The notes: generated from the sequence alone by a model not told the origin. A DNA stretch of 64,000 nucleotides from Acidimicrobiales bacterium (GCA_029263195.1 JAJCXX010000084.1:65713-129712); one strand, 5' to 3'. Positions 8,936 through 20,317 are shown, counted from the first letter of the stretch. Numbers and translations: made by a program.

Positions 8936-11900
8936 TCACCCTGGCTTGGCGGCGCCCGGGCCTCTGATCCGTTCCCACCCTTCGGTCATGTCGTCGAGTT
9001 GGTGCTTGATCTGCTCGAGTCGGTCGCGGGATTGCTCAATTGTTGTCGCCACCGCCACGGCGGCGAGGCCGATGACGATCACAGTGATCCAGAGTCCGGG
9101 TCCTTGCACTACAGCGAGGTCTGACAGGGGCACTCCAATCAGGAATAGCACTGCGAGCACGACGGCCGCAACGCCGAAGTCCAGACGACGCCGAACCTTC
9201 GTGATCACTCCCCACCCCGCCAATGCGAGGCCGATGCCGATGGCCAACAGCGCGTTCACCAGATCGCCGGCCAGAGTCCGTGCTAGGGGTGCTGCCACGG
9301 TGAAGGCCATGCCGACCAGCTCCAACAGGACGATGTCGAGCCCCACGACTTCCCCGCCCCGGTCGGCACGGATCCACCGGATCAACCCGACCGTCACCAA
9401 CACCGTGACGCCGATTGGCACCGTGAACCAGTTGGCTTCGCCGGAGAGTGCATCGCCGGCATGGAGAAGCCAGGCAGTGCACGCCAGAGCTGGGGAGGCA
9501 ATGAACAGCGAGGGACGGGCCGCGATCAGGCCGATAGCGACGATCTCGGCGGCGGCGGCCAGCAGCACGACGATCAAGAGATTGTTACTGGGGAGATGGT
9601 CGATCGCTGCTTCGGCACCACCGACCTGCGTCACCACGGCCCACAGGACAGCCGGGCCGATCCATGGTGACGAGGGAGCAAACGCAAACGTAACCAAGGT
9701 GACGACAAGGAGACCGAGGGCCAGCAGCGTCATCACGATGGCGATGACAGCAATACTGGGTTCGAGTGCCCACAGCAATGGCAGCCACGCCAGAGTGAGG
9801 ATGGCCACCGCCAGCCAGCGCAGTGACGGTCCGATCACAGAGGCGCACATGCCACACGCGATGGCCACCAAGGCAAGGGCGGCGGCCACGGTCAGCCCAC
9901 CTGGACGACGAGCGATCTCACTGTGGAATACGAGTGTCGTACTGGCGATGGAGGTGATCGCACCCGCGACAACCCAGACCACGGCCAGTTCGTGGGGAGC
10001 GCGTCGAGAACGGAGCACTGCTGCAGCGCAGATCGAAACCGCGGCGGCGCCTGGAGCTGTTGCATACAGCACGGTGGAAACAGACCACGACAGCCAAACC
10101 GCGAGGCTGATCCAGGAGCCGACGATGCTGCCCCCACCGAGAAGAAGAAGGATCCATCGCATCGGAGACGAGAGCTGCAGCCCCGCCACGGTCAGGGCCA
10201 GTCCGGCCGCCAGAAGGGCGAGGGCCAACCACCCCGGGCCGGCGTCTGCCGCGGCGAACAGAGTCAACGCGGCACCTGCAACAGCCCAGGGCCACTGCCG
10301 AATGACGATCGACACAGCCACGGACACCGCCGCCGCGGCGAGGAAGGTCGGTGATACCGAGTCCTCTATCACTGATGCCACCAGGGCCGTACCGATCACG
10401 CCGTGGGCGACCACGAACGACGGTATGTCCCAGCGGGATGGACGAGGCTGTGTTCCGGGCGACCATGTCATCCACGCCGCCATGAGTACCGCTACACCGA
10501 CGGGCACGATCGACCATGGATGCTCGATGGGATCCCAGGGCGAGAGCAACAGCATGGAGATGAACGCCAGGGTCTCGAAGAGGCCGGCCAGCGCACCCAG
10601 CGACAACAGCAGCGCCGCGGCCAAGGCAACGACCGCCAGCCCGGCCGACATCCAACCGATCTCGGTTGTCGTCCCTTGGGTGAGTCCGGAGATGCCCCCC
10701 ACGGCGATCGCAACGGTGCCAAGCGTCGACGGCGCGAGCAAGCTGCGCTGACGCACGAAGGTGCCAGACGCCGCCGGCCCGTTCAGGCGGTTGTCCACCA
10801 GCAGGCTGCCGAGCAGAACCAGAGCTCCCCAACTGATGAGAGAGGCGTCGACCCAACGCTCGGCCAGCCCGACCCGATCAGAAGCAAGTGCGGTCATCAC
10901 GCCGAACTCGGCCCAGCCCACCCAAGCAAAGAGCAGCGGTCGTGGGCTCCGGGCCAGGGTCACCACGACGATGCCGAGGGCAAGGCAGGAGATCGCCGAC
11001 CAGCTCGATCCCTCAGGCGCAACCGATGGCGCCATGTATGCAGCCCCGAGTGACAACATCAGTGTTGCCCACGTCAACAGGCGTGGATTGGCCCGCCGCC
11101 ACGACACCAAGCGAACCGCGGCCCCGGCGACAACTGCGACACCAGCAAAGACTGCCGGCGCCCAGGCGCCATCGGTGGCAATGAGACCACCGGCATCGGC
11201 AGCTAGAAGAGCCGCGAGTGCCCCACCGCCGATCGACACGAGAATCGGCAGGTCGTCTGCCCAAGTAGTCCAGTCCGGCGGGTTCGCTTCAGTGGTCCTT
11301 CGCAACCAACCGATGTGGGCCGCGTCTGATTGTTCGTTGACCACTGAGGTCGCCAGCCACCCTGCGGTTGCTGCCCCCACGACGAGCGTTGACGTCCAAC
11401 CCAGACCATCCAGCGCCAGGATTGCTCCTATTGCCGATGTGTGTCCGATGAATGCCAAGTGGTGAGTGATCGGCCAGTCTCGGGCAAGGCCGAGGACCAC
11501 GAGCGCGAGAGCGAGGGCTGCGAGGCTGGCCGCCTGGGTGTCTCGACCCAGTTCCAAGACGGTTGCCAGGTTGGCCAGGGACCACATCCAGATGGCGCTG
11601 GCCAGCCATGCCCTCTGTCCAGATTTCAGGGCGCTCAGCACCACGGCGGCCCCTGCCATGCCGGCTCCGGCCGCGATCGAACCGGGTATCTCACCCCATC
11701 GGGCTCCGATGGAAGCGACTGTCAGAGCTGCTGCGGCCGCCGGTACCAGCCACTGCCACAGTAGATCTGAGCGGACTCGCGGCCACGAATGTCCGGCAAC
11801 AGCCAGCAACAGCACGCCCGCTCCGGTCAACAAGACGCTGGAACCTCCGTCTCCAAATCGCCATAGCTCACCCACAGCCACCGTCGCGGCCGCGGCAGCT

Positions 11901-13368
11901 ACGACACCCGCCCGATCCACAACCGGAAGCCATCTTGGCGGGGCAACATGGCGCCACAGTGCCCAACACGCAGCCGCTCCGAATGCCAGCGACCCAGCAC
12001 CCGCGCTGGCGACAGACGCCACCAAGGCGAGCCCCACCACGACCAGCCCGATCCCTGCACCCATCGTCGTGGGTCGTCGCCATCCCGCGTACTCAATAAG
12101 AGCCAGCAGCGCGAGCACGGCGACACCTGCGGTCCACTCACCGTCTGTGTGAGTGCCGAGACGAGCACTCGTGACCCCGATCACTGCCACCTGAGCGACC
12201 GTCACCGCCCACTGCGGGAAACGGGCAGCCGAGACTTCGACGATCCCGAGTGCGGCCAACCCTGAGAGCAGGGCGGCAGTCACCGGCCACCCTTCGTTCC
12301 CGGACAGAACCAGCTCAAGGACATAAACCGATCCCGCAGTTGGCAGAGCTACGGCCATTGTCGCTTTCGCCAGCCGTCCGTCCGGTCGCCAACGCTCGAA
12401 CAGAACCATGGTTGCGGCTATCGCCGCGAGAACCGCCCCGAGCTGGAGCGCAGAGGCACGCGAAACGTCGTAGCCCTGGGCTACCTCGTCCTGGAAGATG
12501 GGGCGAAGAGGCCGACCCCGAGCCAAATGACCGGAGCGACAAGGAATCGCAGCGGTGTCGAGTCGTCTCGACGTCGCGCGATTGCATACATCGCCGTAGC
12601 GATCGCAATGCACAGGGCTCCATGTACAACCGGGAGGGCTCGGCCGGTCACATCGGGAGGGAAGGGGGCGTTGTCGGTCACCGACGCCAGGGCAACCAGT
12701 GGCACCAGGCCCGCCCCTATCAGCGTCAGTGCCCCTGACACCGTCGGGGCCCCACGCTGTTGGAGATACCGGCCGGCCACGAGCAGGCTGGTCGGCACCA
12801 ACAGTTCGGTGAGGGTGCGGAACTCGGCGCTGATGTCACCGAAGGAGAATGCGATCAGTCCCACAACCCCGGCGAACATCAACAGCACTCCGAGATACGC
12901 CAACCCGTGCAGCACCAGATCGCTACGAACCGCCTCACGGGTCCGACCCCACCAGCGCGCTATCGAGCCAGGCTCGACCCGGACAGGCTCGATCCCGACC
13001 GGCTCGACTGCGGACTTGTGCCGACGGGGTGAGGGAAGTCTCGAATTCACCGCCGCCGGCGAAGGAGGCGGCAGATGCTGATGGGCTGTCACCTGAGTGC
13101 AGACACGGGAGCGCTGTTGCAGGTCGGGGAGCAGTCGGCTGACCGTCTCTCTGCTGATCAGACCGCGCTCAGCGGCGTTGTCCAGGTACGACCGGACGAC
13201 GTCGGCTTCGGCTGCGGCGAGGCGCCTCTCGACCTCGGCGATCGGGGTCGGATCGGTTTTCGTGTTGCCACCCCAGGACACCACGTCGGTCCAGGCCCGG
13301 CCATCCCAGTAGCGGGCCGCTCCAACCGCCACAGGATCGGCATACCAGCCCCGCTCCCTGGCGGTCAT
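8936..13368 (-). pseudogene. Large DUF2510-containing polytopic membrane protein, split by a frameshift near 12500
   Basis: N-terminal GWYADP..RYWDGRAWT (DUF2510). The membrane-protein reading continues in another frame across GCC CC ATC TTC (C4 run at 12500-12503). Confidence 0.65.
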
Positions 13369-13479
13369 GTCGACGCCGTCCACGTTCGGACCGGGACCCG
13401 ATGAAGCCCCAGATCATGTGCTGCCGGAAAGAGAACGAATGCCATGGGTCAACCTTCAAGGGTCGAGCCATCAGCCGCA

Positions 13480-13497
13480 ATCGGGGATGCCCCTCAT
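13480..13497. promoter_or_regulatory. Inverted-repeat site, candidate response-regulator box
   Basis: ATCGGGGATGCCCCTCAT; similar to ATAGGGGAGACCCCGGAT at 15357-15374. Confidence 0.45.
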
Positions 13498-13551
13498 TTT
13501 GACCCCGGAAATCCCCTACGGATGCCTCACGTCCATTGGAGAGGCTGCCGT

Positions 13552-14190
13552 TCAGTCGATGCCGTGCTCGATCGCGTAGCGCATGAGCTCGTCGCGGCGA
13601 CTGAGATGGAGCTTGTTGAGAATGTTTCGGACGTGGTTCTCGACTGTCCGCGGTGAGATGAATAGATCTTCACCTATCGCCCGGTAGGTGTGTCCCCGGG
13701 CCACGAGTTGGAGAACCTCGCGTTCCCGCTCCGACAGCGCCTGGCTCGCCCCGGGAGCGGCGCCCACCATCTTGCGGAATTCTCCGAGCACGAGCGCGGC
13801 GAGCGTCGGTGAGAACACCGGCTCACCCGCCGCGGCCCGAATCAGCGCAGCCCGCAGCTCCGCCAGCGAAGTGGACTTCACGAGGTATCCGACGGCCCCG
13901 GCCGCCACTGCATCGAGCAGATCGCGCTCTTGCTCGGACACGGTCAACATCACGATCTTGCTCTTCGTGGCACACTCGCGGACGACCCGCAACCCGCCTC
14001 CACCAGGCATATTCAGGTCGCAAACCACCAGATCCGGCTTCGTGTCTTCGATGACCTTCACAGCGGAGGAGGCATCCGCAGCCTCGCCGACGACGACGAA
14101 TGCCTCTCCCAGGTCACCCCGCACGCCGTCACGCCAGATCGGGTGATCATCGACCAGGACCACCCGGATCGGCTCATTCACGGTAGCCAC
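13552..14190 (-). CDS. NarL/LuxR family response regulator
   Basis: VDDH, DLNMP receiver; LSEREREVL..ISPRTVENHV HTH. Confidence 0.93.
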   Translation of the reverse strand: MATVNEPIRVVLVDDHPIWRDGVRGDLGEAFVVVGEAADASSAVKVIEDTKPDLVVCDLNMPGGGGLRVVRECATKSKIVMLTVSEQERDLLDAVAAGAVGYLVKSTSLAELRAALIRAAAGEPVFSPTLAALVLGEFRKMVGAAPGASQALSEREREVLQLVARGHTYRAIGEDLFISPRTVENHVRNILNKLHLSRRDELMRYAIEHGID

Positions 14191-15299
14191 AGCAGTACCT
14201 CCGTGCCCTTGTCGATTCCGCTGTGGACCTCCACACGGCCGCCGGCGTCGACGATGCGGCCTCGGATCGAGTCAGTGAGACCCCTACCCTCCGTCACCGC
14301 ATCCGGGTCGAAGCCGACACCGTTGTCGTGCACTGAGCAAAACAGCGACCACCCATCACCCGGCTCTGCGTACACGGTCACCTTCTTGGCTGCCCCGTGC
14401 TTGCCCGCGTTGGTGAGCGCCTCGGTGACGGCCCCTCCAAGCGCGTGTACCTTCGGGGAAGGCAACGGCCCGATATCGGTGGCAACGATTACATCCACGA
14501 TGCCGTCGAACGACTGCTCGAATCGTCGTCCGGCCGCACGTAGCACGGCCTCGAGATCCTTTCCACCGTCGCTTGGCAGGTCTCGGTCGCCGTACAAGTA
14601 CTCGCGCAGCTCGCCCTCCTGATCGCGTGCCAGCCGAGCCAGAGCAGGATCGGCAGCCCGACTCTGCACCACCGCAAGCGTCTGCAATACACCGTCGTGC
14701 AACGTCCGAGCCACCTCCTCACGCGCTCGGGCCACCGCCACCTCACGCTCCCAGCGTCGAACAAAGCTCATCACGACCCCGGCCACGACCCCGTTCAGCA
14801 TCGAGATTACGGTGAACGACACAACCGCCATGATGATTGCACGGTCGAACTCACCGGTGTCCGACACGACTGCCGCCAAGCCCCGCGACAACCCGATTGC
14901 GGTTCCGGCGACACCGCCCCATCGTGGTCCGCGGGCAACGCCCACGGCAATCACCCCAGCGGTGGGCCACCCTGTTCCCAGCGATGGGCCTCGCCCGTTG
15001 ACGTGGTCCAACCCGTAGACCAAGCCGGTCGATGCAATCAGCGCAACCCCGAGGCCCACCTCCACGGCCATGATCACAGAAGATGTCGCTACGGCCGGAG
15101 AGGTGCGCAGGAGCCCCGCGACCACAGTCACCGCGAACGCTCCTGCCAGGAGAGCGATTGCCAGCCACGCCCAGCGTCCGTTCATCTCGTCGGCGTGCAC
15201 GGCGGCCACCACGGCCATCCACACCCAGGTTCCCCACCGGTACAGCGAGAGTCCCCGCAGGAAACTCAGCGTTGCCCCTTCTCGGCTCCATGGCACCAC
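14178..15299 (-). CDS. Membrane sensor histidine kinase (HisKA_3, MacS-like)
   Basis: ARTLHDGVLQ H-box, EALTNAGKH, DNGVGF, GRGL, GTEV; N-terminal TM segments. Confidence 0.9.
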   Translation of the reverse strand: MVPWSREGATLSFLRGLSLYRWGTWVWMAVVAAVHADEMNGRWAWLAIALLAGAFAVTVVAGLLRTSPAVATSSVIMAVEVGLGVALIASTGLVYGLDHVNGRGPSLGTGWPTAGVIAVGVARGPRWGGVAGTAIGLSRGLAAVVSDTGEFDRAIIMAVVSFTVISMLNGVVAGVVMSFVRRWEREVAVARAREEVARTLHDGVLQTLAVVQSRAADPALARLARDQEGELREYLYGDRDLPSDGGKDLEAVLRAAGRRFEQSFDGIVDVIVATDIGPLPSPKVHALGGAVTEALTNAGKHGAAKKVTVYAEPGDGWSLFCSVHDNGVGFDPDAVTEGRGLTDSIRGRIVDAGGRVEVHSGIDKGTEVLLWLP

Positions 15300-15356
15300 C
15301 TCAACCTACTGCACGCCCCGGCCCACCTCATATCCCCGAGGACCCCCGTTTCGAGA

Positions 15357-15374
15357 ATAGGGGAGACCCCGGAT
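15357..15374. promoter_or_regulatory. Inverted-repeat site, candidate response-regulator box
   Basis: ATAGGGGAGACCCCGGAT in the divergent intergenic region; similar to 13480-13497. Confidence 0.45.
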
Positions 15375-15489
15375 GGCGTATCTAGCCGCGACAGGCGCAA
15401 GATCGTGATGTGATCAGCAAGACCGTCACTGTCAATGCGTCGACAAGCGATAGGCAGTCGCCCTGGTGCCCAAAAGAGAGGACCACGTC

Positions 15490-16191
15490 ATGACCGAACG
15501 TCCAACCGCCACCCTCCGGCCCGCGGAGGTACACCACGCACTTGCTTGGTTTGCTGTCGCCGTGATCGTGGGAATGCAGGCAGGCACGATCTTTCGATTG
15601 CTCGGATCTGTCGGCGAGACCCGCGTCGCCGACTGGATCGACTTGATAACCCCCTTCGCCATCGTGGGATCGGCGGCGCTCGTTCTACAACACCTGGACA
15701 CAGCGAAGCGACACTGGATTCTGTTTGGAGTAGGCGCCCTGAGCTTCACCCTCGGTCACGGGCTGCACCTATCGGCGAATTCGATCAGCAACGCCGACGA
15801 TATTGCTCTGAAGGAGGCCGACATCGTGCACCTGTGGGACGAGGTGGTCAGTCACCGCATCTGGTACCCAGGGCTGTTTGTCGTACTGGTTGCACTCGCG
15901 CTGGCACTTCGCTCCGAGATGCTGCGGCTGAGACCCGCGGCGGTGCTTCTCACCGCAGCATTTACCGTGACTCTAGTGAACACCTACATCGAGGGCGGTG
16001 TCCCGTGGCTCGGTCTCGGGGCCTTCATCTCGGCAGTAGGCGCCGGGCTGATGTGGCGGCCAAGGCCCGTGGCTGTCCCGCTGCTGATCATCGGCGGACT
16101 CGGTGTGGCGCTGCTCGGCGGCTGGGGCATTGCGTGGTTCGTCGTGGACGGCAGTGTGTTCCCCGAATTCAGCGACGTCGGATGGATCTAG
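15490..16191 (+). CDS. Hypothetical membrane protein
   Basis: SD GAGAGGA; about 7 TM helices with His motifs GHGLHLSANS and HLWDEVVSH. Confidence 0.7.
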   Translation: MTERPTATLRPAEVHHALAWFAVAVIVGMQAGTIFRLLGSVGETRVADWIDLITPFAIVGSAALVLQHLDTAKRHWILFGVGALSFTLGHGLHLSANSISNADDIALKEADIVHLWDEVVSHRIWYPGLFVVLVALALALRSEMLRLRPAAVLLTAAFTVTLVNTYIEGGVPWLGLGAFISAVGAGLMWRPRPVAVPLLIIGGLGVALLGGWGIAWFVVDGSVFPEFSDVGWI

Positions 16192-16230
16192 AAGTGCCGA
16201 AGGGCTCGCTGCGGTTGAAACGAGTGGGCA

Positions 16231-16890
16231 ATGTTTGCTGATCGACGACAGGCTGGTCGGCGACTCGCGCCTCTGCTCTCACATCTTCGCGGGGAAGACG
16301 TTGTCGTGGTCGGATTGCCCAGGGGAGGTGTTCCAGTCGCGGAGGAGCTTGCCACCGACCTCGGTGCGCCGCTCGACGTGATCCTGGTTCGCAAGCTTGG
16401 TGTTCCCTCTCAGCCCGAGCTGGGCATGGGGGCCATCGGGGAGGGAGGTGTCCGGGTGATCAACGATGAGGTCGTGGCGATAGCGGGCGTCGGCTCCGCC
16501 GACCTCGCCGCGGTAGAGCGCGTCGAGCGCGTCGAGCTGCACCGGCGCGCCCAGCGCTACCGATCTGGGCGCGAGCGGGAGCGTCTTGCCGGGCGGATTG
16601 TCGTAGTGGTCGACGACGGGATCGCCACGGGTTCCACGGCGAGAGCAGCCTGCGAGGTGGCCCGCGCCGAGGGTGCACAACGGGTGATCTTGGCTGTCCC
16701 GGTTGCTCCCCGTGGCTGGACCGATCGCCTCGCAGGTAGCGCCGACGAATTCATCTGTGTGGACACACCGAGCCCGTTCTTGGGGGTGGGCCAGTTCTAT
16801 GACCGGTTCACGCAGACCACCGATGAGGAGGTCATCGCCAGCCTGCTTCGAGCAGCTCGGACGGCAACGGGTGAGGAGATGTCCGACTGA
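16231..16890 (+). CDS. Phosphoribosyltransferase family protein
   Basis: FADRRQAGRRLA, LPRGGVPVA, VVVDDGIATG PRPP-binding loop. Confidence 0.9.
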   Translation: MFADRRQAGRRLAPLLSHLRGEDVVVVGLPRGGVPVAEELATDLGAPLDVILVRKLGVPSQPELGMGAIGEGGVRVINDEVVAIAGVGSADLAAVERVERVELHRRAQRYRSGRERERLAGRIVVVVDDGIATGSTARAACEVARAEGAQRVILAVPVAPRGWTDRLAGSADEFICVDTPSPFLGVGQFYDRFTQTTDEEVIASLLRAARTATGEEMSD

Positions 16891-16947
16891 GGTTCGTGTG
16901 GCGCAATCTCCCTGCTGCGCTACAGATTGAGGGAGTGGCGGAGTTCT

Positions 16948-16976
16948 CTCAACCTGTCTGGGGTGTTGGCCGATGG
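16948..16976 (+). promoter_or_regulatory. Sigma-28/WhiG-type promoter
   Basis: CTCAA-N16-GCCGATGG upstream of a GGDEF-EAL gene. Confidence 0.6.
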
Positions 16977-17076
16977 GTGGGGTATCTAGCGGGTGGTCTG
17001 GCTCGTGTGTTGGAAGGCGAGGTGTGATGTGAGATCGAGGGATTCAGGAGTCGAGCGTGGCAGTTTGCTGCCGACC

Positions 17077-19173
17077 ATGCAAGCTCGTCTGATTGCGGTG
17101 ATGGCGACGTTGTCGGTGTGCTTCTTGGCCGCTGTAGGGGTGATTACGTGGTCGATGCTCGGCATGGAGAGCAGTCTGTCGGCGATGGCGGCGCACACAA
17201 GTGAGGAAGTGGTTCCGGTTATGCATCTGGAGGGGGAGGTCCGCGAGACGGAGCTAGCGGGCTGGACGGCCTCCTTTGCGATCCAACAGGGTGCTCCGTC
17301 GTTCGTTCGCGGCGAGTACGACCGTGCCGCGGCCATTGCAAACGACACATTTGACTATCTCCGTGCTCAGGATGAGCACATCGTCGAGGAGCTGGCCCTG
17401 CTCCAAGCCGCTGAAGAGCATTGGCGTGTGGCGTTGGATGGGTTCGACTTCGCGATGGCTGGTGGCTTCTCCGATGCATTGGCGCTGGCCGACTACCTGG
17501 CTGGTGTCGGCGATGAGATCGATGCGGTGGTAGAGGCGCTTGACGGCGCACAAGAATCGGCGTTGTTCGAACAGGCCGAGGCAGCCGATGCGGCGACGGC
17601 CCGGAAGCGTTTGGCGTTGGGGTTGGCTGCCGTCACGTTGTTGGCCACGCTCGCGCTCATGTATTTGGTGACAAAGTTGTTGATGGGCGGGGCGGTAGCC
17701 GCGATCGTACGGCTGCGTGAAGCGGCCCAGCGGTTGGCCTCGGGCGAGTGGGGCCAGCACGTTGAGGTGAACGGTCCCTCGGAATTGGCAGAGTTGGGCA
17801 AGTCGTTCAACACCATGTCCGATCGACTCCGCCAGAGCCACAACGATCTCGAGCATCGGGCATTGCATGATCAGCTCACAGGGTTGGGAAACCGCACTCT
17901 CATGGCTGATCGAATCGAACACGGCGCCGCGACCCGCCAAGCCCAACGCCGTATCGACGCGCTCTTGGTGATCGATCTGGACCGCTTCAAAGACCTCAAC
18001 GACACCCGCGGCCATGCGTTGGGTGATCAAGCGCTCATCGAGGTGGCGAGACGACTGTGCCGATGTGTTCGCGATGTCGACACCGTGGCTCGTTTGGGTG
18101 GTGACGAGTTCGGGGTGCTGCTCGAAGGCCTCGACGGGTTGGCCGAAGCCGAGGACGTCGCTGAGCGCATCGTCACGGCGATATCGACGCCTCTGCGTCT
18201 CAGGGGCGCCGAGGTCACGGTCAGCGCCAGCGTGGGTATCGCGAATGCTGCCCAGGTGACGTCGACCACCGAACTGATCAGTGGCGCGGACCTGGCCATG
18301 TATGAAGCCAAACGCGCTGGCGGGTCGACCTGGCGACTGTTCGAAGAGGATCTACGCGTCGCGCTCGCGGACCGTGTCCAGATCGAAGCGGATCTGCGAA
18401 TCGCAATCACCGACAACAAGATCGACGTCGCCTACCAGGCTGTATATGACCTCGAATCCAACCAGCCCATCGGCGTAGAGACGCTGGCGCGGTGGACCCA
18501 CCCCACTCACGGCGTGGTCGGCCCCGCCCGGTTCATTCCCATCGCCGAGAACGCGGGCCTCATCGCTGAGCTCGGCTGGAACGTACTTCACCGGGCCTGT
18601 ACGCAGACCGGCATCTGGCGCTCCCACTACCCCCACCTCGACTCATTCACCGTCGCAGTCAACATCGCCGCCGCCCACCTCCAAGAGTCCGAGTTCGTTC
18701 CGCGGGTGCTCGACATCGTTGGTTGCGCAGGACTCGAACCAGCCAACCTGGTCCTCGAGATCACCGAAACCATGATGATCCAACGCGGATCAGACGCCCG
18801 CGAAAAGCTGCTTCAACTCCGCGAGCATGGTGTCAGCGTCTCCATCGACGACTTCGGCACCGGGTACTCGTCGCTGGCCCAACTACGCGACTACCCGGCC
18901 GACAGCCTCAAGATCGATCGAGGGTTCATCGCCGACGTCGATACAGACACCGACAAACAGGCCCTCACCCGAACGATCATCGAACTCGGCCTGAACCTCG
19001 GCCTTCCCTGCATCGCCGAAGGCATCGAAACCCCCGAAGAGTTTGCCACGCTCCGCGCCCTCAACTGTCAGTTCGCCCAAGGCTTCCTCTTCCACAAACC
19101 CAGCCCCGCAATCGAAACCGAAGCCCTGCTCGCCCTCCACACCTCCACCTCGACACGACCCGAGAGTGTCTGA
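17077..19173 (+). CDS. Membrane HAMP-GGDEF-EAL diguanylate cyclase/phosphodiesterase
   Basis: 2 TM, HAMP, HDQLTGLGNR, intact RLGGDEF, ETLARW, DDFGTGYSSL, KIDR, AEGIE; start codon uncertain. Confidence 0.92.
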   Translation: MQARLIAVMATLSVCFLAAVGVITWSMLGMESSLSAMAAHTSEEVVPVMHLEGEVRETELAGWTASFAIQQGAPSFVRGEYDRAAAIANDTFDYLRAQDEHIVEELALLQAAEEHWRVALDGFDFAMAGGFSDALALADYLAGVGDEIDAVVEALDGAQESALFEQAEAADAATARKRLALGLAAVTLLATLALMYLVTKLLMGGAVAAIVRLREAAQRLASGEWGQHVEVNGPSELAELGKSFNTMSDRLRQSHNDLEHRALHDQLTGLGNRTLMADRIEHGAATRQAQRRIDALLVIDLDRFKDLNDTRGHALGDQALIEVARRLCRCVRDVDTVARLGGDEFGVLLEGLDGLAEAEDVAERIVTAISTPLRLRGAEVTVSASVGIANAAQVTSTTELISGADLAMYEAKRAGGSTWRLFEEDLRVALADRVQIEADLRIAITDNKIDVAYQAVYDLESNQPIGVETLARWTHPTHGVVGPARFIPIAENAGLIAELGWNVLHRACTQTGIWRSHYPHLDSFTVAVNIAAAHLQESEFVPRVLDIVGCAGLEPANLVLEITETMMIQRGSDAREKLLQLREHGVSVSIDDFGTGYSSLAQLRDYPADSLKIDRGFIADVDTDTDKQALTRTIIELGLNLGLPCIAEGIETPEEFATLRALNCQFAQGFLFHKPSPAIETEALLALHTSTSTRPESV

Positions 19174-19196
19174 TCGGGGACTGGAATGTGGGAAGG

Positions 19197-20024
19197 TCAG
19201 CCAGCGGCTCGCAGGCCGTCGGTGGGGGAGAGGCGGGCGCCGGCGCCAATGACGAGAGCGGCGCCAGTTCCGGCCGCGATTGCGATGCGCGGGTTGATTG
19301 TCTCCCAGCTGCGGATTCGGGTGTAGATGTTGGTGGCGGCTACGCCAAGGGCCACGCCGCCGGCCTGCACGGTCAGGACATTGGTACCAAGGGAGTCGAG
19401 TTGGACCAGCAGCACGAGCCGGGAGGACTCAGAGAGTCCGAGCCAGTCGACCATGGCGGCGATACCGATCATGATGCCCAGCGCGGAGAGAATGGTTCGC
19501 ACCTTACGAGTTCGCATTCCGACCGCTACTCGTGGGCGTTCGCCACCATCGGGGAAACGAATAGTCAGAAACTCAAGCACGACGTCGTCCAATGGTCCGC
19601 CGTCGGCGAGAAAGCTCGCTCCGGTGAACGTCAGCACAACCGCGTTTGCCGGGGCTATCACCGGGTCGGTGTGGTCGTTGGCGATCGGATATGAGCGGGG
19701 CACTACACCTTCACGTGGCTGATAGCTGGTAGCTCCCGGGACGTGCTCGAGCCCCTCGGCATAGAACTCCAAATCGAGGGGAAGTCCGCAAGACGCGGCA
19801 CTGATGTTGGTCAATCTGATGCCGGTGAACATCTTTCCGCCGGCGCCGTCTCGGATGCCGAGGTCGGCCGACAAGTCAGAAGAGGTACACAATCGCAGGC
19901 CGTCGGGTGGTGCCGGCGCGGCGATGAGTGCCTGCTCCGCCAACTCTTGGGCACTCTCGTTCGAGCACCCTGTGAGGATGACTGTGGCCAACACCCCGCA
20001 CACCAACCAACGCCGCCACCGCAT
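19197..20024 (-). pseudogene. Chimeric ORF: DUF4232-like lipoprotein fused to an internally deleted MacB/FtsX-type ABC permease remnant
   Basis: Lipobox ILTGC; C-terminal part has LSALGIMIGIAAMV and LDSLGTNVLTV followed directly by ARLSPTDGLR. Confidence 0.5.
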
Positions 20025-20140
20025 CGTCCAACATTAGATCGCACCACCGCCGCCACAAGAGCCAGGTCTCGACTTCTTGGCATCTCGACGGCCCAGTTAG
20101 AGTCCATTCATCCGCTCCGGGCGAGATCAGGAGACTGCCG

Positions 20141-20317
20141 ATGAGGTTGAGCGCACCAACGAATCGGACCTTCTTCATGGCGTTCGCGCTGATCGTTCTC
20201 GGCGTTGCGGCTTGGGTCTCTCCAATCGGAGACGAAGTCTCGACCGACACAGCATTCTGGGCGGTCGCCGCTGGCGGTGGGCTGCTTGTGATCGGGAGTG
20301 TCTTCAATCGCGTTTGA
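20141..20317 (+). CDS. Small two-TM membrane protein (58 aa), absent from the ORF track
   Basis: SD AGGAGA, ATG; MRLSAPTNRTFFMAFALIVLGVAAWVSPIGDEVSTDTAFWAVAAGGGLLVIGSVFNRV. Confidence 0.7.
   Translation: MRLSAPTNRTFFMAFALIVLGVAAWVSPIGDEVSTDTAFWAVAAGGGLLVIGSVFNRV

Noticed and set aside
8946-10751. Long antisense ORF (601 aa) and many similar overlapping ORFs in the track
   Set aside because: Shadow ORFs typical of high-GC DNA, opposite well-supported genes and with no recognisable motifs
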